From NCBI GenBank assembly GCA_051599415.1, contig AP039701.1, positions 1 through 64,000 of the forward strand: a stretch of DNA of 64,000 nt, read 5' to 3'. Position 1 is the stretch's first letter; the number at the start of each line of letters is the position of its first letter. Both the position numbers and the translations under genes were made by a program. Below the pieces are notes generated by a model, which saw nothing but the letters and a program-made list of their open reading frames with translations, had not been told where the DNA came from and did not search any database. This DNA comes from Savitreella phatthalungensis. Lineage: Eukaryota. Positions 1 to 8,378 of this stretch are shown here, one piece after another.

Positions 1-93
1 GTATTGCTAAGGTTAAGACTACTTTCTGCCTTTGCGAGCTAACAGCACCTACCCTAACCCTAAGGTTAAGACTACTTTCTGCCTTTGCGAGAA
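1..93 (+). other. Oxford Nanopore ligation-adapter tail plus native barcode NB06, two copies (technical artefact)
   Basis: GTATTGCT (adapter 3' end) + AAGGTTAA flank + GACTACTTTCTGCCTTTGCGAG(CT)AA + CAGCACCT flank at 1-50; second AAGGTTAA-GACTACTTTCTGCCTTTGCGAGAA at 62-93. Confidence 0.93.
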
Positions 94-238
94 CCCTAAC
101 CCTAACCCTAACCCTAACCCTAACCCTAACCCTAACCCTAACCCTAACCCTAACCCTAACCCTAACCCTAACCCTAACCCTAACCCTAACCCTAACCCTA
201 ACCCTCACCCTCACCCACCCTCACCTTCACCCTGACCC
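94..238. repeat. Telomeric repeat (CCCTAA)n, i.e. TTAGGG telomere, with degenerate inner variants
   Basis: 18 perfect CCCTAA units at 94-201, then CCCTCA/CCTTCA/CCCTGA variants; C-rich strand at the 5' end as expected for a left chromosome end. Confidence 0.98.
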
Positions 239-574
239 ACAAAAACTAACCGCCGTCAAACTAACCAATGTCCCAACCCTTGCTCTGCTTTGCCTGCTTG
301 CTCGCTCGCTCGCGCTTGCTCACTTGCTAACCTTGTTTCTTTGCTCACGCCTGCTGCCTTGCTACACTATACTTTTCCACATGCATATGCGCCTGCTGGT
401 CTTCAACATCATTATTATCTTGCTGTCCCTTCACTGCCCTTCTCTTTGCCATCCTCCTGCTCTCAATCCCTCATCTGTCTGACACTCTTCCCCCTGTTTA
501 CCTAATACATCCCATGCCATTTGCTCCCCACATTCCTACTGTTAACCGCCCTGCCATCTGTTTCATCTGCAATT

Positions 575-1005
575 GCACCGTCACCTGCCAAATGCTGTTA
601 CCTGCATGATACCTGCCTTACGCTGTTACCTGCATCCATCTGTTTCATCTTCAAATGCACTGTCTCCTGACAAATGCCGTTACCTGCATGTCGCCTGTCA
701 AATGCTGTTACCTGCCCTGCCACCTGTCAAACATCTTTACCTGCAACACATCTGTCAAACGCTTTTACCTGCAACACATCTGTCAAATGCCTTTACCTGC
801 ACCATCATCTGTCAAACGCTGTCACCTGCACTGTCACCCGACCCTCTGCCCTGCTCTGTGGCCTGGCATTTGTCAAACCCTTGATCTGCCAATTGCTGTT
901 CACCTGTCATCCACTGTTTTCTGTTTCTGTCACTCACTGTTGCCTGCACTGTACCCTGTTTCATCACTTCACTGCCACCTGTCAAATGCTGTCATCTGTT
1001 AAACA
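575..1005. repeat. Subtelomeric 28-29 bp minisatellite (core CTGTCAAA(T/C)GC..TTACCTGC)
   Basis: TG(T/A)CAAA cores at 667, 696, 725, 753, 781, 810 (spacing 28-29 nt); looser copies on both sides. Confidence 0.85.
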
Positions 1006-1179
1006 CTGCAACATCACTTGATATATATCATTCCTGCACTGTCACTTGTTGTTTGAACACCTAGCCCCTGCCACTGACTCTGTCTCTGCTTGTTGTGAAC
1101 ATCATCTACTTGGCCCTGGTCTCATGCTGGCGCCTGTTGTGCAACATCAATTGACTGTGATTGACTCCATTGTCACATG

Positions 1180-1418
1180 GCATGCACTGTTTCCTCCACT
1201 GTTGCTTGTCCAATCCATTGCTGGCGCTGTGCTGTGCCCTATCTGCCACAAATGACTCTAATTCACTCTCACTTGCTCCTCTTGACTGTCTTGTGCACTG
1301 TCGCATGTACTTGCAACTTTCATGCACTGTAATCTGTCCACTATGTTGTGTCTGTGCCTGTCTGTGCTCCTTGTATGCCTCATTCAATTATCTAGTCTGT
1401 GCTTTATTGACCATGATG
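1180..1418. repeat. Diverged direct repeat, copy 1 (copy 2 at 2740-2978)
   Basis: GCATGCACTGTTTCCTCCACTGTTGCTTGTCCAAT... aligns without gaps with the sequence 1560 nt downstream. Confidence 0.9.
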
Positions 1419-1616
1419 GCTGCTACTGCTACCACACTGACTACTCCTGACATTCCCTTCCCTCCTTCTAATACTGCCACTACTACAGCTACTGCTGCAT
1501 TCACTGCTGTTACTACTGCTGCATTCATTACTCCTGCTGTTCCTACTGCTGTTCCTACTGCTGCTACTGCTGCTGCCACTGCTGCTGCTACTGCTGCTGC
1601 TACTACCACCACCACC

Positions 1617-1646
<30 letters not shown>
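1419..1646. repeat. Degenerate (CTG/CTA)n trinucleotide tract
   Basis: actgctgctactgct... ending in a pure (CTG)n run at ~1618-1646. Confidence 0.85.
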
Positions 1647-1650
<4 letters not shown>

Positions 1651-2119
1651 GCCACCGGTGTAGCGCCTAGCTGGCGCTTGCCTGATTGTAAAACCGGTTG
1701 CGGCCCCGGGCCGAAATTTCACCAGCCACATGCTGCGCCACAGAACCGTGCGATTGTGTCGGCAACATCCTACAACCTTCAGAAGACAGGTTCTTGACGA
1801 CTGCCTAGTACCACTACCTCCTAGTACTACTACTTCCTAGTACTACTACGGCCTGTTATTAGTGCCACCACCTAGTACCACTACAACCTGCTGCTAGTAC
1901 GATCTAGTATCTTCTGATCCAGATGTCGGATGATCACAAGACTAGTCTCATTATGACGCCATTGATCAACTCTATAGAAAATATTTTCACATGTACGACG
2001 GTTTTTCACTGTCTGAATTAGATTTGGTTTATATACTGTGTTTGCCACGTGCTCACAATGCAAGGCCCTTGGTCTTTGTGGCACAGTGGTTTGGCCCCCA
2101 CTGAGCTACTGAGTCACAA

Positions 2120-2203
2120 GCTTTGTGCATGGAGGGTAGATGCAGGTCTGGCAGAATTTGAACTTTGAGTTTGAGGCCTTGAGTTCAAATCCTGCTTGGA
2201 GCA
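2120..2203 (+). pseudogene. Possible degenerate tRNA / tRNA-derived relic
   Basis: GCTTTG...TTGGAGCA acceptor-like ends, GCAT-GGAGGGTAG-ATGC D-arm-like stem, B-box-like GAGTTCAAATCC at 2181-2192; T-stem pairs poorly. Confidence 0.25.
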
Positions 2204-2341
2204 ACAATTAACTGCCAATAAGCTCTAGGCAGTCAGGGAGCAAGAGCGCTCTCAGGGGCTTTCCCTCCATGCACAAGGTCAGAACATCACTGTGTGTTCT
2301 GATACGGGGGTTTTGCCAAATTTTTTCACATTCAGGTACCT

Positions 2342-2480
2342 TGCAGAGAATGCTGAGAATGCATAGAATGCAGGGGATGCAGGGAATGCAGGGGATGCCA
2401 AGAATGCATAGAATGCAGCGGAATGCAGGGGATGCAGGGGATGCAGGGAATGTAGGGAATGCAGAGAATGCAGAGAATGC
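2342..2480. repeat. 9-bp tandem repeat (GAGAATGCA / GGGGATGCA variants)
   Basis: Direct inspection: roughly 15 tandem 9-mer variants. Confidence 0.85.
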
Positions 2481-2623
2481 AGTTTGGTTTTTGCAATTTG
2501 GTTTTTACAGTTTGGTTTTACAGTTTGGTTTTACAGTTTGGTTTTGCAGTTTGGTTTTACAGTTTGGTTTTGCAGTTTGGTTCTTGCAGTTTGGTTTTTA
2601 CAGTTTGGTTTTACAGTTTGGTT
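2480..2623. repeat. 13-14 bp tandem repeat CAGTTTGGTTTT(T)(A/G)
   Basis: About ten tandem units ending at the 2624-2655 inverted repeat. Confidence 0.88.
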
Positions 2624-2739
2624 CGTCCCTAACTGTTGACTTACAGTTAGGGATGCCATGCAGTGTTTCATTCCTAACTTCATGGCTATAATCTGGCGCT
2701 GCTGAAAACAGTTTGGGATTTTTGAACGGAATATATATA

Positions 2740-2978
2740 GCATGCACTGTTTCCTCCACTGTTGCTTGTCCAATTAATTGCTGGCGCTCTGCTGTGCCCT
2801 TTCCTCCACAACTCACTCTAATTCACTTTTACTCGCTCTTATTGCCTGTCTTGTGCGCTGTCACATGTACTGGTCACTGTCATGCACTGTAATCTGTCAA
2901 CTACATTGTGACTGTGCCTGTCTGTGCTTTCTCTCTAGCTTGTTTAACCACCTTGTCTACTTTTGATTGACTGTGATC
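2740..2978. repeat. Diverged direct repeat, copy 2 of 1180-1418
   Basis: Same sequence as 1180-1418 with many substitutions. Confidence 0.9.
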
Positions 2979-2986
2979 ACTGTTAT

Positions 2987-4468
2987 CTATTTCCCATTTC
3001 CACACCCATTCCACACCATTTCATTTGTTGTCAATGCATGCCAGTCTATGCCATATAGATGTGCGCTGCTTAATTCGACAGCGCTGAGGGCATTGTTGCG
3101 TGCAGTTGTGCAGTCTTGGATCTCACGCTCCAGCGTCGCCTTGTCCTGTGCTGCGGCCTCTGCTTCAATTTGATAGGTCTCGACAGTGCTGAGGGCATTG
3201 TCGCGTGCAGTTGTGCAGTCCCGGACCTTGCGCTCAAGCGTCGCCTTGTCCTGTGCTGCAGCTTCTGCTTCTCTTCGACCGGTCTTGACAGCGCTGAGAG
3301 CAGTGTCCCAAGCAGTCGTGCAGTCCTGGACTTTGCGCTTGAGCGTTGCCTTGTCCTGTTCTGCAGCCTCTGCTTCACTTTGACAGGTCTCGACAGCACT
3401 AAGGGCATTGTTGCGCGCAGTCGAGCATTGCTGCAGGCTCTGCTGTAGCTCCTTGACGTGTCCTGTGAGACCTTGGAGCCTCTCCTCAAGTGCTGCCTTG
3501 CCCTGTACCGCTGCTTCTGCATCGCTTCGACAGGTCCCGACAGCGCTGAGGGCATCGTCGCGTGCAGTCGAGCATTGCTGCAGGCTCTGCTCCAGCTCCG
3601 CGGCTTGCTCCGTGAGGGCCACACTCTCGACGCGCCAGGTCTCGGCGAGGATTTTGCAGTCTTCGAGCTTCCGCTGCAGCGCCGCCTTGTCCTGTGCTGC
3701 TGCCTCTGCTTCACCTTGATGGGTCTCGACAGTGCTGAGGGCATTGTCGCGTGCAGTCGTGCAGTCCCAGACCTCGCGCTCAAGCGTCGCCTTGTCCTGT
3801 GCTGCAGCTTCTGCTTCACCACGACAGTTCTCGACAAGACCTAGTGCTGTGTCGCGCGCAGCTGTACACTGCTGTAGTCTCTCTTCTAGCTCGACAGCTT
3901 TGTCTGTGCTGTCCTTGAGCTTCTGCTCTAGCTCGGCAACCTTCTCTCTGGCTTTGTCTCGTTCTCTCTGATAATCCTTCAGCCAGCCCGTGACGCGCGT
4001 CAGCTGCTTGGCAAGATCCTGCACGCAAGAAAGCATTGTGCTGCTTTGACTCTCGTTGTCGGTGCGTCTGCGCTTCTGTGTGCAGGTGATGCCTCTCTGC
4101 AGCATCGCAAAGCTATCGCGGATGACTTTCTCCATGTGCTCGTTCCTGCCAGCACAAAGCCTGATGAGCATGTTGCACAGTTGAAGCTGAGGCGAAGTGA
4201 TGTCTGGCCAGACCTCACGCAGGGTCTGCATGATGTTGTCGGATAAGGGAGCCAGTACTGTGTCCGAAGCATCATCGCTTGCATCTTCTGAGTCGCGAGC
4301 TCCAAAGGGAGTGAGGTCTGGACGGAACACCTGGTGCGCTCTCAGCTCTGCGGCGTCTGAATCAGATAGACCTTCGTTGAGGTCGCTGATGACAGAATTG
4401 GCTAGTCTGGTTTGACGTGCCGGCATCTTGTGCGAGTCATGTGACCATGGCCAATGAAACTCCTGCAT
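2987..4468 (-). CDS. Subtelomeric coiled-coil protein with 35-aa tandem repeats (unknown function; possibly 3'-truncated)
   Basis: 493-aa ORF; repeat CTTARDNALSAVETxxxEAEAAAQDKATLERKVxD; DNA repeat spacings 105,105,105,147,189,105 nt. Confidence 0.65.
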   Translation of the reverse strand: MQEFHWPWSHDSHKMPARQTRLANSVISDLNEGLSDSDAAELRAHQVFRPDLTPFGARDSEDASDDASDTVLAPLSDNIMQTLREVWPDITSPQLQLCNMLIRLCAGRNEHMEKVIRDSFAMLQRGITCTQKRRRTDNESQSSTMLSCVQDLAKQLTRVTGWLKDYQRERDKAREKVAELEQKLKDSTDKAVELEERLQQCTAARDTALGLVENCRGEAEAAAQDKATLEREVWDCTTARDNALSTVETHQGEAEAAAQDKAALQRKLEDCKILAETWRVESVALTEQAAELEQSLQQCSTARDDALSAVGTCRSDAEAAVQGKAALEERLQGLTGHVKELQQSLQQCSTARNNALSAVETCQSEAEAAEQDKATLKRKVQDCTTAWDTALSAVKTGRREAEAAAQDKATLERKVRDCTTARDNALSTVETYQIEAEAAAQDKATLEREIQDCTTARNNALSAVELSSAHLYGIDWHALTTNEMVWNGCGNGK

Positions 4469-4503
4469 GCTTTGTTTTTAGGTGAATTGATGTTTCAGAT
4501 TGA

Positions 4504-5838
4504 GTGACGAGAATGACGTCTGCAGTCAAAGAGCTGCACGACGTGCGTCCAAGGCAGTGGTGCAAGTCTGACAGCAAGCTGAACGTCCTCAAGGGTACTG
4601 CGACGTCTGTGGAGACGTTGATTGTCACTGGCGGCCCTCCAGATCCAACAGTTGGAGCACCTGCACAGGTGGCAGAACACAGGCGTCTCTGGAAGAAGGT
4701 GTGCGAGGTCGCAAGACTTTATCCTGCTCACCAGCAGTATCATGAGGCCTTCTCGTTGCTGCAGCCCTTTGGATCAACCGCGATGCTGAAAGCGATACTC
4801 AACGCTCACGAGGTCTCTCAAGGAACAATGCCTGCCAGCGAGGCCGCTGAGCTGCTGGATGATCACAAATCGCTTGCGAGATCGTCCGAGGCCCCGCGCG
4901 ATGCGCTCGCACGCCTCCAGAAGGCACAGGACGAGGCGCTGGGTGATCAACGTGACCTCAGCGTCGACGGTGGCGGTTACGACTATAGCGTCGACAGTGG
5001 CGTTGCTGCAGCGGTGTACTCTTCCTGCTCTCATGTCACGCAAGAGAGCTCTGAACTGTCACACAGGTAATGCAGACGGCCGCGCTGCTTTGACAGCTCT
5101 CTGGGGACATATGCTGGCGCAACCTGGTTGCTCAAACGCTGCAGCCAATACTCAGCCAGGTTCCTTGCTCATTCTGATTTGGCAGGACGCAAGGCAGACA
5201 ACAACTTGCGCTGGCACACATTCTGCAGATTCAATTGCCAGGACAGAGGCACAAGCATGTGGTGTTTGTTGCGCTGTGTGCAAGGCATGGATGTGGCTGA
5301 CAGGTTGCGCAGCAGCCTCTGTTGCCGCCTCTGCCTCCGCTGCAAGGTTTCAAGTTTGTTGATGCCGCAGAGACGCTTGTTTATGCGGCCTTGAAGCCAT
5401 TTTGCACCCTGGAGCGGCAGTGGCAATGCAAAGCTGTGCCACTTTGACATGAGCAGGTACAGGTTGGATGCCAGCATGGCGGAGCCTTCATGCTGCTCTC
5501 CACTGATGTCGGTGTCCCGGACATAGGGACAGTCAGTCAGGCTCCCAATTGCAGACCAGATTGTCTACAGCGCCTCAAGACTGGAGGAGGACAGTACCAG
5601 ACAGGTGAAGCTGACGCAGGTGGCGTGTGAGTGGTACCGTTGCCAGATGCTGACACCTATGCGCTAACACGTCAGGCTGAATGATTGCCGCCTGGATGAA
5701 GTGGATATTGCGCAGAGCATCGACTGCATGCAGCTGATTAAGGGCACCTGGTCTTTCCAGAACAACAATGGCTCTGCCGAGATGTGCAGCTACGTGATTG
5801 CGTTGTATTCATGCACCAGTATTCTAGTTGACATTTGA
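4504..5838 (+). pseudogene. Probable pseudogene, one long frame interrupted by four stops
   Basis: ORFs 4504-5070 and 5128-5394 share a frame; that frame has stops only at 5068 (TAA), 5392 (TGA), 5524 (TAG), 5665 (TAA) before TGA at 5836; each is one C>T transition from a sense codon. Confidence 0.45.
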
Positions 5839-6090
5839 AAATGACCCCAACCACAAACCTCCGTATGTTGCAGGCAATAGAGTTTGCCAATGTTGCTGAA
5901 CGTGATAAGGGCATCATGTACAAATTTGGTTTCTGTCACGTGCATCGCAGATTGAAATCAAATATGCATTGTTGTCCCCTGATCAGCAAATAGCCGGTGT
6001 TTAGGCTATCCTCGGTCAAATTGGTCCATGGTCATTCGGCGATAACATCACAAGACTTCTGGAGTGGTGCAGCCGTGGAAGGGGTCCCCG

Positions 6091-8247
6091 ATGAAGTTGG
6101 CGCTCTTGCCTGCGGTAGCATTCGCGCTCAGCCTGCCTTGGTTCGCCAAGTACGACACACCATTCGTGTATTGGCCTGACCGGGTGCTTCCGTTTTATGC
6201 TAAAAGCACACTTGTGCGCGGGCAGGTGACCCGAAAGACCTACTACGACTTATCATTTGTGACACGTCCACAGCAGCCTTTTTCCGACAAGAATGAGCGG
6301 CGGCAAGGTGGCATCACATGGGATGATTTTGTACTCCGGACTCCTCCGCACGAATCGCCCTTCGGCGTATGGATGGAGGCGAACGATCCCTGCCGGGTGA
6401 CTTCCGTGCAACGGCTTGATGCGAGGGCCGTGCGAGAAGCAATTTCGACCATTGACCAGGGTGAGATGCTCTACTGGACAATTGACGGCCTACCAGCGAG
6501 CAAGACGCACCGAACGGCGAACAAGAAGGAGAACTACTACACGCGCGGCGTGGGTTTTGGGGAACGTGTTGGTGGCGGTCGGGCGACGCTGTACAACCAC
6601 TTCACAGTCGTCATCAAGTATAGGTACAGCGACAATAAAGACGATACGAAGGTGATACTGGCCTTCGAGGTCTATCCGAGGTCCATCGCGAACCAGACGC
6701 TCGACTACACGGACGATGTCGACGAAACCGCCGGCCCCCGCAAGTGTCATCCAGAGCTGACGGATTTACCGGCGAGCGCGAATCCGTTCTACCTTGAGGA
6801 CGAGGACAAGCGACCACTGTCAGATTTGCAGGTCAGATTCACCCATTCGGTCTTCTTCCGTGAGGAGCTTGCATTTCACCACGACAAGCGATGGGAGCGC
6901 TTCTATAAGTTCGATACTCTGGCAATTGAGAAAGGCAGACTCGTGCGTACTGGAATTTTCTGGGGACTTGCTGCGCTCGCGCTCCTAGTGACTGCTACGT
7001 TGCTCGATAGCGCTTCCATTGATCATTCTCTCGAGCAGGATCTCTCCCACGAGGTACAAGAGAATGCCGTCGGCTCGCGACGAGGTTCCGAGTTGGCGCA
7101 GGCCGTGGCTTCGGTCTTCCGACCTCATTCTCCATTCTTGCTTCTCCCCGCCAAGGTGTTTTACCTCATAGTCGACTTTGTGGACGACGGATTGCCCGCC
7201 GTGGCCCAACTAGGACTAGAGGAGGAGCGATATCTGGTGCCGCTCATGTCTGCAGGACTTACACTTCCTGTTGAATTGACCGTCGTCCACTTCCTGGGTA
7301 CGCCAGGTCGAGATGCGCTTGTAGCGCTCGCCACCGCCGTTGTGGCTGCTGGATTTTGCAGTTTCGTGTCTGCATCCTCGATCGGCCGTTCAAGCATCGT
7401 TCGCCTCAACCGCATCCAGGCATTCCAGCTAGCGGTGCGCACGTCAATGGTTTTGCCGTTCCTCGTTGGTCTTCCGCTGCTTGTCGCCGATGCCGTTCGA
7501 GACTCGCAGTCTGCTCCGCCGATCTTCATCAGCCGCAACGACGGTGCTCTGCTCGTGCTTGGGTACGCCTGCATGACAGGTGTAGGGCACCTGGCCGGTT
7601 GTGTATTTGCGTACGGACGTGTGCAGCAGGGACCAACTCCGTCTGTTGATCTCAAGGCAGCGTACGCGAAGCTCAACAGCCTGCGCTCGTCTGGCACGGC
7701 GAGTCCTGCCAAGGTCCAGGCGAGCAGCGTATCCAAGCAAACAAAGAAAAGGACGCCTGTGCTCGCGCTGTTGATGAAGCCACTCTTCAGGACGTCATTC
7801 GTCTATGGTGCGCTGCTCCTGATAGGCACTATGTACTGGCGACAATATCTCTCAGCTTACACCACCGGCGTGGTGCTCAACATGGAAGGAGCTGTGGATT
7901 TCGCCATCGAGTGCGCTGCTGTTGCCCTGGCTGAGTCGCTCTTCCTGTCTATGGCGCTTGCCTCCGCTATGCGATTCATCCGACGCGGTGACGAGGATTC
8001 AAGGCGTGCGACGACGACCTTTGCAGTAGCCGTAACCCCATCGTTCGGCATTTTCGCCGCTGTCGTGCTATGGTGTCTCGGCACGAAATGGGACCGCACA
8101 AACTTGATTTTCGTCGGACTCGTTTCCACGATTGCCGCAGTCCTTCATGCGCTCATCAGCGGCTCGCTGGTGACAGCTGCTCTTGGATTCGTCCATCCGG
8201 AACATGACAATGACGTCGCAGTGAGCGCGTTGACACGAGCGGATTAA
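6091..8247 (+). CDS. Divergent EMP70/TM9SF (nonaspanin)-like membrane protein
   Basis: Signal peptide MKLALLPAVAFALS; luminal motifs YYDLSF, YWTIDGLP, LYNHF, FEVYPRSI, FTHSVFFRE..RWERF; VFRP before a multi-TM C-terminal half. Confidence 0.75.
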   Translation: MKLALLPAVAFALSLPWFAKYDTPFVYWPDRVLPFYAKSTLVRGQVTRKTYYDLSFVTRPQQPFSDKNERRQGGITWDDFVLRTPPHESPFGVWMEANDPCRVTSVQRLDARAVREAISTIDQGEMLYWTIDGLPASKTHRTANKKENYYTRGVGFGERVGGGRATLYNHFTVVIKYRYSDNKDDTKVILAFEVYPRSIANQTLDYTDDVDETAGPRKCHPELTDLPASANPFYLEDEDKRPLSDLQVRFTHSVFFREELAFHHDKRWERFYKFDTLAIEKGRLVRTGIFWGLAALALLVTATLLDSASIDHSLEQDLSHEVQENAVGSRRGSELAQAVASVFRPHSPFLLLPAKVFYLIVDFVDDGLPAVAQLGLEEERYLVPLMSAGLTLPVELTVVHFLGTPGRDALVALATAVVAAGFCSFVSASSIGRSSIVRLNRIQAFQLAVRTSMVLPFLVGLPLLVADAVRDSQSAPPIFISRNDGALLVLGYACMTGVGHLAGCVFAYGRVQQGPTPSVDLKAAYAKLNSLRSSGTASPAKVQASSVSKQTKKRTPVLALLMKPLFRTSFVYGALLLIGTMYWRQYLSAYTTGVVLNMEGAVDFAIECAAVALAESLFLSMALASAMRFIRRGDEDSRRATTTFAVAVTPSFGIFAAVVLWCLGTKWDRTNLIFVGLVSTIAAVLHALISGSLVTAALGFVHPEHDNDVAVSALTRAD

Positions 8248-8378
8248 AAACCGCCGAAGGGAAAAATGATCACGAACGACACACATGATCGAGGATAGTA
8301 ATTAGTACGTAAAAGTAATTATGCGCACGAGGTGCCTACTCAGACCTGGCATCATGCAGGATAGGAGTCGTTGATGGG

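Noticed and set aside
9..93. Duplicated ~30-bp sequence resembling a CRISPR repeat or telomere-capping element
   Set aside because: It matches the ONT barcode NB06 with its flanks
32..235. 67-aa PN-repeat ORF
   Set aside because: It is a translation of barcode plus telomeric repeat
573..2966. Numerous short Cys/Ala/Gln-rich ORFs
   Set aside because: They are by-products of low-complexity tandem repeats and lack coding motifs
240..5950. Telomere-linked RecQ helicase or telomeric retrotransposon
   Set aside because: No helicase or reverse-transcriptase motifs were seen in the translated frames
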